From: Escherichia phage vB_VIPECOMC04
Strand: one strand, 5' to 3'
DNA length: 45,658 nt
Sequence record: PQ423993.1
Part shown: in pieces, positions 35,987 through 44,411 of the stretch
Position numbering within the stretch: the stretch's first letter is position 1
Layout of the letters: each line of letters begins with the position of its first letter
Translations under genes and position numbers: made by a program
The notes under the pieces: model-generated
Seen by the model: the letters and a program-made list of their open reading frames with translations, nothing else
Database searches by the model: none
What the model was told of the DNA's origin: nothing

Positions 35987-37036
35987 TTAAGCACCGACAC
36001 CAGTTACCAGGAAGGCAATCGGTACATGCTTACGTTCAACCACACGGTTCCAGTTGGAGGCATTCGCCAGGTCCTGCCAGGAAGCGGAGCGTGCTACCGT
36101 CTCGGTGCCGTTGCCGGTGATTACTGCGCTGGTGAAGCTGTATCCCAATGGGTGCAGCAACCAGGTCTTACGGGTCCACAGGGTTTCAACGCCGCCACCG
36201 TTGCCGCGGGACTCTTCACGTTCATATGCCAGCGGATTGGTCGGGTTACCTTCGCCGTAACCGATAGCGCCGTTGCCGAAGATGATGGAGATGAACTTAC
36301 GGCTCGGGCCGGTGCCAACTACGGTCATGCTGTCATCAACAATCACGCGGTAACCCTGGTAGGTGGCGAACAGGGTGTCGTTGTCAGCGTTTTTGATGAA
36401 GTCGATAAGCTGCTGCTTACGTGCCTGCGCATAAACGAAGCTGTGCATCGCGATAGCACCCAGCACTTCTCCGCCGTTGCCTATCAGCGCATCACCCATA
36501 GTCTGGGTGGCGTCGATGAACGCACCTGCGTCGAAGCCCAGAGTAGCAGACACGTCTACAACCATGTCATTCCGCTCGTGGTATGCGTCGGTAGCGGCTA
36601 CGTTGTCATTGTACAGACCGAGCGCGGTAGCGATCAGACGGCGTTGCGCCTGGCGCTGCCAGAAGTTATCCAGACGGGACGCTACTGATTGCAGCGGGTT
36701 CTGGCTGGTCAGTTCGACAGTCAGGTCCGCCTGACCAAAACCTTCGTTCAGGTACGCAACGCGCGCCATCATCTCACCGGTCTGCACGTTACGCGGGGTA
36801 GCGATGTCCTGGTATACGTCGTTCGAGTAGTTCGGCTCGATGGAAGTGTCAATCGCTTTCCAGAAAGGAATATTAGCGACGTTGGACGGGCCGCGGGCAA
36901 TCTCGGCAGCGTATGGGGTCGGGGTCAGAATACCAGACTGGAAGAACGCGGTTTTTTCTACCGGGTCCTCGGTCATATAAGACGCCAGGACCGGGATGTT
37001 GCCAGTTACGATATCGCCGATAGTGGTAATTGCCAT
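35987..37036 (-). CDS. major capsid protein
   Basis: 349 aa; immediately after the scaffold gene; RBS-coupled. Confidence 0.7.
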   Translation of the reverse strand: MAITTIGDIVTGNIPVLASYMTEDPVEKTAFFQSGILTPTPYAAEIARGPSNVANIPFWKAIDTSIEPNYSNDVYQDIATPRNVQTGEMMARVAYLNEGFGQADLTVELTSQNPLQSVASRLDNFWQRQAQRRLIATALGLYNDNVAATDAYHERNDMVVDVSATLGFDAGAFIDATQTMGDALIGNGGEVLGAIAMHSFVYAQARKQQLIDFIKNADNDTLFATYQGYRVIVDDSMTVVGTGPSRKFISIIFGNGAIGYGEGNPTNPLAYEREESRGNGGGVETLWTRKTWLLHPLGYSFTSAVITGNGTETVARSASWQDLANASNWNRVVERKHVPIAFLVTGVGA

Positions 37037-37038
37037 TA

Positions 37039-37740
37039 TTATTTCCTCAGGGCTTTAAGTTGCCGTTCAAATTCGGCAGGGTTCGATTTATACAGGGCTA
37101 AACGCTCTGCTTCACTCATGTCTTTAAACGCTGGTGCGGCCCCGCCGCCTTTGCTACCGGAAGCCCCGCCGCCGGAAGCTGCATTTGCTTTAATCAAATG
37201 CGAAAACGCTTTGTGTTCACGCAGGTATTTGCGGAACTGTTCCGGGTCAGTTGTGATTACGTTACCGTCTGCGCCGACAAACTTAGTAACCACGTCATCG
37301 CCTTCGAACTCAGTCTTAACGAACGGAGCGAGAATGTCTACCGCTTCCGGGGTAATAAAGTCGCCCGCGAAAGAGCCTAACACCGCTTTACGTTCGCTGC
37401 CGAGGATGCGCTCTGCCATTCTGGAGATGCGACCATCTTTCTCGGCTAACACCGGGTCATACTGGCTACGAATCGTCTTTTCGAACTCATCCATCTTACC
37501 AGCGGCTTTTAACGCCTCCTGGTGTGCGCGCTGCCGTTCTTCTTCAGCCTCTTTTGCTTTACGAGCGGCTTCTTTCTTCTCCGCCAGCAATGCTTCCTGA
37601 TTAGCCTTAAGCCCGGCGACTTCTTTTTCAATCAGCGCCTGAACTTCTTCAGCAGTGAACATTTTCGGCGCGTCACCGCCGCCAGATTTATCTTCTGCCC
37701 CAGCTTCTTCCTGGAACGGATAGCGTAAAAAACGATTCAT
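37039..37740 (-). CDS. scaffolding protein
   Basis: Start moved to ATG 37738-37740; Ala/Glu/Lys-rich coiled coil; directly upstream of the capsid gene. Confidence 0.55.
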   Translation of the reverse strand: MNRFLRYPFQEEAGAEDKSGGGDAPKMFTAEEVQALIEKEVAGLKANQEALLAEKKEAARKAKEAEEERQRAHQEALKAAGKMDEFEKTIRSQYDPVLAEKDGRISRMAERILGSERKAVLGSFAGDFITPEAVDILAPFVKTEFEGDDVVTKFVGADGNVITTDPEQFRKYLREHKAFSHLIKANAASGGGASGSKGGGAAPAFKDMSEAERLALYKSNPAEFERQLKALRK

Positions 37741-37822
37741 AGTCAGTATGTCCCCTGGACGTTGGAACCCGGGCCACCCGGATTTACATGTCAAGAATAA
37801 ATTATTCCAACATGCAAGGCAA

Positions 37823-38062
37823 CTATTCCAGAATATTCCTCACGTAATCCTGCAACATGAACACTTTCAGTCTCAGTTGCCGTGCGCATTCGGCGTTCTG
37901 AACGTCGATAGCTAAATCCTCGTCCGCGTCGCTACTTGGCGGTGCCAGTTTGCACGGTGGTTGCATCATCGTCGTATCCGGGGATGGAATTGGCGTTTGC
38001 AACGGCGCGGGACTTGAGCACCCGTAGCACCCTATAACTAAGAGCAATATTGGCAGTCGCAT
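37823..38062 (-). CDS. Rz1-like outer-membrane lipoprotein (o-spanin candidate)
   Basis: Signal peptide with lipobox-like LLVIGC, then proline-rich SPAPLQTPIPSP. Confidence 0.45.
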   Translation of the reverse strand: MRLPILLLVIGCYGCSSPAPLQTPIPSPDTTMMQPPCKLAPPSSDADEDLAIDVQNAECARQLRLKVFMLQDYVRNILE

Positions 38063-38607
38063 TTGAAAAAATCTCCATGTAGCTTCTTGGCAGCTTGCAC
38101 GTAGGCCATGTGTGCGTCGACGGGGGAGTCGAACTGACCGAGATATTTGGTCTTGTTGCGGATTCTTATGTCCGCACGGAATCTGCCGTTCGGGAACCTA
38201 GAAACCCCCTTGAACCCTGTACTATTAGCGGACGTGAGACCAACGTTACGGCTGTTCTCTTGGCTAGTAGCAAGCCTGAGATTTTCTATACGATTGTTGA
38301 GTGGGTTCCCGTCAATGTGGTCTATCTCATATGGTGTCGGAATCGGCCCATTGAAAAGTTCCCATATAAGCCGGTGCGCTTGAAACGCCTTACCCATCCA
38401 TCTAACCTCTATCGTCTGTCGCCGTTTTGCGCCTTTCGGCGTGGTCAGGCACCCTGCCGGGGTTCCTGTTTTATTAGCGAGCTTACTGCTACGCCAGTAA
38501 AGAACCCCATCGTCGTAGTAGAAAGTATCATTCAGTATAGTCATATCCTGGTATCCCGTTTGCATTGCTGATAGCGTCGTATTTGACTCTAACTCTATCA
38601 GCGTCAA
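38038..38607 (-). CDS. HNH homing endonuclease with AP2 domain
   Basis: HRLIWELFNGPIPTPYEIDHIDGNPLNNRIENLR plus AP2-like segment; overlaps both spanin candidates; true start probably internal. Confidence 0.75.
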   Translation of the reverse strand: MTLIELESNTTLSAMQTGYQDMTILNDTFYYDDGVLYWRSSKLANKTGTPAGCLTTPKGAKRRQTIEVRWMGKAFQAHRLIWELFNGPIPTPYEIDHIDGNPLNNRIENLRLATSQENSRNVGLTSANSTGFKGVSRFPNGRFRADIRIRNKTKYLGQFDSPVDAHMAYVQAAKKLHGDFFKCDCQYCS

Positions 38608-38887
38608 ACTTGCAAGATACTTTATTGGGCCTACTTATGTACTTAACGACTTCACGGGTAATCACCTCTGATTTCGTCTTGCCTTCGTTGTCGGCGGCTG
38701 CGGCCTTTGATTCATCCTGCTGCTGCCGTTGTGTTTTCTTCGCTAACTCAGCCTGCGCTTTCTGCTGTTGCTGCGAAACGAGATTCGCCCGGCCTTCATT
38801 CCAGCCGCTGCGGTACTGATAGATGCCGTGTGCGTAAGCCAGGATGATGAAACATGCTCCTGCTACGACAGTTGCTTTAAGATTCAT
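38528..38887 (-). CDS. Rz-like inner-membrane spanin candidate
   Basis: N-terminal TM anchor MNLKATVVAGACFIILAYAHGIY, then a Q/A/K-rich coiled coil. Confidence 0.45.
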   Translation of the reverse strand: MNLKATVVAGACFIILAYAHGIYQYRSGWNEGRANLVSQQQQKAQAELAKKTQRQQQDESKAAAADNEGKTKSEVITREVVKYISRPNKVSCKFDADRVRVKYDAISNANGIPGYDYTE

Positions 38888-39138
38888 GTTTCCCCTTTCT
38901 CGATAAGTAAAGCCCCGCCTTAAAGCGGGGCGCTAGTCCTTATCATTTAAACATAGAAACGGCGTAATCTCAGTAAACCAGTTACTTTTTACACAAGCAA
39001 TAGAGTATGGCCCTTCCGAACGCGTCAGCGTAACTACACTCAGGACTTACGTCCCGCTCCGTTACCTGCCCGCGCCGCGGTCGCTTGTTCATACTTCACA
39101 AGCTCAGGTGGAGCTTAGCACATTTTTAGTGAAAAGTC

Positions 39139-39154
39139 AACTATTCGAATAGTT
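39139..39154. promoter_or_regulatory. perfect 16-bp palindrome built from the operator half-site
   Basis: AACTATTCGAATAGTT; same GAATAGT/ACTATTC half-sites as the promoter operators but in everted order; abuts a TTGACT hexamer on the minus strand. Confidence 0.4.
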
Positions 39155-39206
39155 TATTCCAACGTTTACAATTGAGTGGAATAACTGGAATACGTAAATA
39201 AATAGT

Positions 39207-39235
39207 TTGCGCGCACCAACATAATAGGGTACTAT
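39207..39235 (+). promoter_or_regulatory. sigma70-like promoter (class B) with operator palindrome
   Basis: TTGCGC-17-TACTAT; palindrome TAATAGG-gt-ACTATTC at 39222-39237; 28 nt upstream of the mini-clamp ATG. Confidence 0.55.
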
Positions 39236-39262
39236 TCGGTTAACTTAAACAGGAGATGAGAA

Positions 39263-39784
39263 ATGGTTACTACAGTAATTACTTTCCCTGCGTATGTAGG
39301 GGCGAAAATATGCAGGGCTAAAAATGATGTTCGCTACTATTTGAACGCTTTTTACATAGACCCTGAAGGATTGATAGTGTCTACGGACGGTCATAGATTG
39401 TTCTGCGACAATGTGAAGACCAACGTTGAGAAAGGGACTCTCATAGACATCAAAGGGAGAGAGCCTTCTAAATTTAACTACGCGGAGGTAAACCACGACA
39501 ACGGCAGTGTATCTTTCTATGACGATAATCGTGCGCTTATATGTACACTTCCGGTAGATGTTGTAGAAGGAAACTTTCCTGACTGGAGACGCGTGGTGCA
39601 CATCACACCGGGTGTTGTCGATAGTATAGGGTTCACCCTGCGCTATTTGGCAGACGCGTACAAGATTTCTAAGGCATACAAAAATGAAATTGCTCGTTTC
39701 GATTTCCAGGACCAAACCAGAGGATGTAAAATACTATTTTCAAACACGGCCTTTATGGTGTTAATGCCTGCGCGATTTAAATAA
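39263..39784 (+). CDS. truncated beta sliding clamp homolog (DnaN domain II plus C-terminal segment)
   Basis: DVRYYLN, TDGHRL, GNFPDWRRV, IGFTLRYLAD and VLMPARF align with E. coli DnaN DVRYYLN, TDGHRL, GRFPDYRRV, IGFNVSYVLD and VVMPMRL as recalled; AGGAG RBS; own promoter and terminator. Confidence 0.8.
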   Translation: MVTTVITFPAYVGAKICRAKNDVRYYLNAFYIDPEGLIVSTDGHRLFCDNVKTNVEKGTLIDIKGREPSKFNYAEVNHDNGSVSFYDDNRALICTLPVDVVEGNFPDWRRVVHITPGVVDSIGFTLRYLADAYKISKAYKNEIARFDFQDQTRGCKILFSNTAFMVLMPARFK

Positions 39785-39788
39785 AACT

Positions 39789-39816
39789 AAGGCCCCTTAC
39801 GGGGCCTTTTATCATT
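39789..39816. terminator. bidirectional intrinsic terminator
   Basis: AAGGCCCC-ttac-GGGGCCTT with TTTTATCATT downstream and an A-run upstream. Confidence 0.65.
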
Positions 39817-40273
39817 CTGGCTTAGTGACCTTCGCCGCTTTGCTTACGGCCTCTGCACCATCGGCATCGGTAACTTTAATGAAGTATTCGCCCGCCGCAT
39901 TAACCGTCAGAGACAGCGCCTCTTCAGGGGCATTTACCACTTCCTTCCCGTCTTTGTACCAGGTCAGTACATACGGCGCTTTACCCGCCTTAACTTCGAC
40001 GGTGATGGTGGCGCTACCGTCGACCAGCTCGGTGTCTTTCGGCTGCACAGAGAAATACACATCACCAGCGTCCGCCAGATACGGAATCTCATAAAGCATA
40101 CCCGCCGCGGGCAGCGCAATACCGGTTTTATCTGCAAACGGCATATCGTCTACCGGCGTACCTAGTACACTTTCATCTTCAATAAATACCACATTCTCAC
40201 CAGAACCGGATACACGGGCGTACTGGACTACACGACGCGACGGCACATCAGTTACTTTGAAAAAGCCCATCAT
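39812..40273 (-). CDS. Ig-like domain protein
   Basis: YVLTWYKDGKEVVNAPEEALSLTVNAAGEYFIKVTDADG is an Ig-like pattern; follows the head morphogenesis gene. Confidence 0.4.
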   Translation of the reverse strand: MMGFFKVTDVPSRRVVQYARVSGSGENVVFIEDESVLGTPVDDMPFADKTGIALPAAGMLYEIPYLADAGDVYFSVQPKDTELVDGSATITVEVKAGKAPYVLTWYKDGKEVVNAPEEALSLTVNAAGEYFIKVTDADGAEAVSKAAKVTKPE

Positions 40274-41349
40274 TATTCCCCTTTCAGATAATCAGCAACA
40301 CGTTTATCGAGTTCCGCCATCTGCTTAAGCGTGAGCGGATTCCCGAAACCATCTACAGATATTACGCGAAACTCTTCCGGCGATATACCGCTGTTACGGA
40401 AAATCTTACCGCGGGTCGGCCCGAGTGCTTCATCCACGAACCATGCCGGTTGTTGTTTAAGGAACTCGTAATAGGTGGTGTCTGCGCTTACCTGAGTACC
40501 TCCGTCCGCACCCTTAGCTGCTCGTTTCGCGCCTTTATCGAGGAAGTCGAACTCGGAACTGATTACCGGAGCCGTGGTACTTCTGCACCCAAAATGTGCT
40601 GGCGGCATCGGCCCTTTACCAATTTCCCACGTCATTCCGTCTCTGGCCCTGCAAATCGTACTGGTGCGGCTGTCCAGCGTCGACACCCACTCGTATTTCT
40701 CGATGATGTCGTCGTTCCGGCGGTACGTCTCGTTACGGGCCTCGTTGGATACATGAGACAGCGCGGTGCGGATTACAGTAGCCGCATTACGTTCTGAAAT
40801 GTCCGCCAAACCACCAGCACCAACAACATTCTTAACAATCTGCCGTGTTGTCTTACCCTGAACAAAGCCCATCTTAACGCCTGTTACAAGGCGCGATACT
40901 TCTGTTCCACCCCAGCCAGACATCAGCTTGGTGAAATCAACAGGCTTGTCGCTCAATGATAATGGCTGAAACTCAGCCGCAGCCCATACCTGCTCGGCGG
41001 TAGGCGTGACAAATTCCGCGTCTATGTTGGCGGTCAGTGTCTTTACGTTCCACTCAGCCTCATACGCCGCCAGTTCCTTAATGTCTTCTGTCAGCTTTGT
41101 TTGCCAGTCGCCGGTAAGTCCGGTTAGTGCTTCTTCTAGGTCACGTAACAGTTTATTCAGTCGGGCGGTGCTGCGACCGTCGTCGCCGAATAACAGCACC
41201 TGCCGTTTGATTTCGTCTCGCATTTCCTGAAGAAACGGCGCGAGGTCTTTCACTTCGCCGGATGCGGTACGTTGCAACCATATCTGGTGACTGATTAGGG
41301 ATGTAAGTAAGCTCATAGATAAACCCTGTGGCGCTAAAGTTAATAGCAT
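40273..41349 (-). CDS. head morphogenesis protein (Mu gpF / SPP1 gp7-like)
   Basis: WVSTLDSRTSTICRARDGMTW...PPAHFGCRSTT matches the Mu-F signature; directly downstream of the portal gene. Confidence 0.7.
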   Translation of the reverse strand: MLLTLAPQGLSMSLLTSLISHQIWLQRTASGEVKDLAPFLQEMRDEIKRQVLLFGDDGRSTARLNKLLRDLEEALTGLTGDWQTKLTEDIKELAAYEAEWNVKTLTANIDAEFVTPTAEQVWAAAEFQPLSLSDKPVDFTKLMSGWGGTEVSRLVTGVKMGFVQGKTTRQIVKNVVGAGGLADISERNAATVIRTALSHVSNEARNETYRRNDDIIEKYEWVSTLDSRTSTICRARDGMTWEIGKGPMPPAHFGCRSTTAPVISSEFDFLDKGAKRAAKGADGGTQVSADTTYYEFLKQQPAWFVDEALGPTRGKIFRNSGISPEEFRVISVDGFGNPLTLKQMAELDKRVADYLKGE

Positions 41350-41382
41350 ATAAGAAAGCCCCTTTCGGGGCTATATGTGAAC

Positions 41383-42864
41383 TTACTGCTGAGTGACATC
41401 TTGTTGCTGCGCCGACTGCGGAATCTCTCCTGCCACCTGAGTAACAGCACCTAACGGCAGAGGTGCGTCCTCAATAGCGTTCTGAATATCCTCGTCGGTC
41501 CAGTCAGTCACCCCTGCTTTACGCAACGCGGCGTAGTAAGCGGTCGCTGGCAGCAGACCGGTATTAATGTCCGCCATCCACTGAGCGCGGTCCTGAGCGG
41601 TCATCGGTTGCAGGAAGAACTCCATGTTAAGTTTGAACTCAATTTCAGTACCGTCACTAAGCCCAAGCATACCCGCAACCCATTTCAGCGCATCGGTATA
41701 CGCCATGCTTACATTACGCGCGATTGTCGCCATAACGGACGTGTCAGCGCCGCGTTGCAGGCGGGCGGATTCAGCGGTAATTTGCTGCGTCGGGGTAATA
41801 AGCTGCGCACCAATCTGGATAGCCTGATTCTCTTTATCCAGCATATTCTGTTTGGCGAGGTTGTTCTCTCCGGCCTGAACAAGAAACGCATTGCCGCCGG
41901 AGCCGATGTTATGGCCTGAACGCGACCCCATGCGCACGCCGTGTGGGTTGGCTTCTTTCCACTGTTCCATGCTCATGTTCTCACCGGGGGCGATGAACAG
42001 AGTGGGCTGGCCTACAACGAAGCTGGATTCCTCATTGTCTGCGCTGTTGCGGAAATGTCCGATATTAAGCTCAGCTAACGGTAGCAAAGGTGCATCGTCA
42101 ATGGTGGCATCGTTGTTGCTCGCCCCAATGAACGTGAACGGGATTTTGCCGCGTAACTGTTCGCCGAGTTCCGGGAAGATTTCGATTACTTCGCCCTGAG
42201 CGCCACCCTCGGCGTCGAAACGGTAAATGCGCTGGCGGTAGCGACCATCAATCAGGTCAAGGACGCGGTACTGTTCACCGAACTTAGTTTCGAACTCTGC
42301 TCCAGGTTCTGAGTATTCCCACACTTCACGCAACACGACCATCGTCACACGGTTAACAGAACCGACGCGGGTCAGTCGCCAGTTGATGATGTTCTCTGCG
42401 GTGTAGAATGCGATGACTGGGTTTAATAACCCTGCGTTCTGTTCAGCTGCCGTTGCGGCAGCAGTCTCCGGGGCGTCAACCAGCAACCCACCACGTCCTA
42501 TCGAGTTAATCTCCATTAACGTATCCTGCGCGTGCTGCCACAGCCCGACGCCTGAACCGTCAGCGTTGTGCAACAGGTATTCCAGTTCATGCGGGATAAT
42601 TTGCTCAGGGTCTTTACGCATCACCGACCCCGTCATCCCCGCCAGGGTACGTTTTGTGAAATTGTAGCAGATAGCGCCTTTCTCGTATTCTTCCTGTCGC
42701 TGTGCTGCGTAGGTCGGGTCAGGCTCGTTCTTCCCGACGTTGCGCAGGTAGCGAATAAGGTCGCCCTCCAGCGCGTGGCGTACCTTCTGCCATTTATCGA
42801 AGTGGTGCAGCCATTCCCGGTGTTTTGTCTTAACACCCTGATTCTGACCGTTCATAGTTAACAT
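41383..42864 (-). CDS. portal protein
   Basis: 493 aa; position between terL and the morphogenesis gene. Confidence 0.65.
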   Translation of the reverse strand: MLTMNGQNQGVKTKHREWLHHFDKWQKVRHALEGDLIRYLRNVGKNEPDPTYAAQRQEEYEKGAICYNFTKRTLAGMTGSVMRKDPEQIIPHELEYLLHNADGSGVGLWQHAQDTLMEINSIGRGGLLVDAPETAAATAAEQNAGLLNPVIAFYTAENIINWRLTRVGSVNRVTMVVLREVWEYSEPGAEFETKFGEQYRVLDLIDGRYRQRIYRFDAEGGAQGEVIEIFPELGEQLRGKIPFTFIGASNNDATIDDAPLLPLAELNIGHFRNSADNEESSFVVGQPTLFIAPGENMSMEQWKEANPHGVRMGSRSGHNIGSGGNAFLVQAGENNLAKQNMLDKENQAIQIGAQLITPTQQITAESARLQRGADTSVMATIARNVSMAYTDALKWVAGMLGLSDGTEIEFKLNMEFFLQPMTAQDRAQWMADINTGLLPATAYYAALRKAGVTDWTDEDIQNAIEDAPLPLGAVTQVAGEIPQSAQQQDVTQQ

Positions 42865-43019
42865 AGATATAGACCCTCGGGTATGGGTGTCAAAAGCCTA
42901 ATAAAAATTAGGTTGCAAGTCACCAGAAACTCGCTACTGCGAGTTTTACTTGCACCGGGCTGGCGGTCAATATATCTTATCATTAAGCAGATAAAAATGA
43001 ATTGTTGGAGGGGGTACGC

Positions 43020-44399
43020 ATGGGCAGAAGAATAACTGAAGAAGAAATCAAAAACCGGTTAGCTATGTTTGGGTTTAAATTGGTTAAATATGGCGGGTCG
43101 CAAGTAGCAAAATCCGTTATAAAATGCCCCAATGGACACGAGGAATTGAAGTCGCTTAACACCTTCACAGCTAATGGTGTGCGCTGTAAATCTTGCGCTG
43201 CTGCTGAAAGGAGTCTGGCGTACAGCACCGACGAGACCGAAGCGAGAAGGATAGTCGAGGACATGGGGTATTCGCTGATAAAATACGGCGGCGATTTGTA
43301 CCGCAAAAAATCTACCGTCCAATGTGCAAACGGTCATGTGCGCGAAGTTCGCATAGGAAATATGGTTAAGGGTCATCGCTGCAAAAAGTGCGTGGCGGAA
43401 GCAATGTGTTTGGCGGAAGACGGGGTTAACACCAGACTACCAGATGGGGTCAAGATGGATTTTTACTGCGGCAACACGCGGGGGCTTAGTCTATTTTCTT
43501 GCGAAAAAGGGCACTCGTGGTCCGCATCCGTGAATAACGTAGTGTCTCAACAAACGAAATGTCCTAAATGCTCTAATAACGTAAGTGGTATGGAAAAAGA
43601 AGTTCTGTCGTTTATCCGCGGAGTATACCCAGGTGTTGTCAATACGTCCGTACGGTCGCTTATCTCGCCGTTTGAGCTGGACATAGTATTGCCGGAGATT
43701 AAGGTGGTCATAGAATTTAACGGCATCTATTGGCATTCCGAGGCGAATGGTAAACACCGTAACTACCACATAAATAAGAGATTAGCGTGTGAGAAACTTG
43801 GGTACAGGCTGATAAGCGTACGAAGCGACCTTTGGTTAGAGAAGCGAGAGCATATTGAGCGCATTTTGAAGAACGCGGTAGGGGTACGTACTGTGTCTAT
43901 TTTTGCCAGAAAATGTCGTGTGGTAGAAATAGCCAACAAAGACGCATTCCGGTTCTGTGAGGACAATCACATCCAGGGTGGGACAAAGGCTACAAAAGCG
44001 TATGCATTACTTCACGCTGGTGAGGTGGTTGCGGTAATGACTTTGGTACATTGGCGCAGCAAGGACTCATGGGAGCTGGTGCGATATTGCACCAGTACGT
44101 CCGTGCCCGGTGGCCTAAGTAAGCTGTGGAAACATGTGACGCAAGAAAACAACATTAAGCAAGCGTTCACTTATACCGACCGTGACCTTTTCACCGGTGC
44201 ATCTTACGCAGAAGCTGGGTTTATATTTGATAGCTGCTCCGTAGGGTTTCGCGTTGTCGTAGGAACTCGTACAGAATCCCGCCAGAAATGGGGCAAAGCT
44301 CCTGATGGTCTTACCCAAACAGAGTGGTACGAACGAGAAAAAGTGACGCGCATATGGGATAGCGGTCAGGATAAGTGGGAATGGGTTAAAGGGGCATAA
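43020..44399 (+). CDS. homing-endonuclease-like protein (three Cys4 zinc-ribbon repeats plus nuclease-like domain)
   Basis: ATG 43020 with GGAGGGGG upstream; repeats CPNGHE...CKSC, CANGH...CKKC, CEKGH...CPKC; ELDIVLPEIKVVIEFNGIYWHSE resembles Vsr/DUF559-type nuclease cores; opposite strand to its neighbours. Confidence 0.45.
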   Translation: MGRRITEEEIKNRLAMFGFKLVKYGGSQVAKSVIKCPNGHEELKSLNTFTANGVRCKSCAAAERSLAYSTDETEARRIVEDMGYSLIKYGGDLYRKKSTVQCANGHVREVRIGNMVKGHRCKKCVAEAMCLAEDGVNTRLPDGVKMDFYCGNTRGLSLFSCEKGHSWSASVNNVVSQQTKCPKCSNNVSGMEKEVLSFIRGVYPGVVNTSVRSLISPFELDIVLPEIKVVIEFNGIYWHSEANGKHRNYHINKRLACEKLGYRLISVRSDLWLEKREHIERILKNAVGVRTVSIFARKCRVVEIANKDAFRFCEDNHIQGGTKATKAYALLHAGEVVAVMTLVHWRSKDSWELVRYCTSTSVPGGLSKLWKHVTQENNIKQAFTYTDRDLFTGASYAEAGFIFDSCSVGFRVVVGTRTESRQKWGKAPDGLTQTEWYEREKVTRIWDSGQDKWEWVKGA

Positions 44400-44411
44400 G
44401 CCCCTTTTTAC

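Noticed and set aside
39139-39154. Possible tRNA T-arm (TTCGAA inside AACTATTCGAATAGTT)
   Set aside because: No acceptor, D or anticodon stem can be built around it; it is better explained as a palindromic operator made of the recurring GAATAGT half-site.
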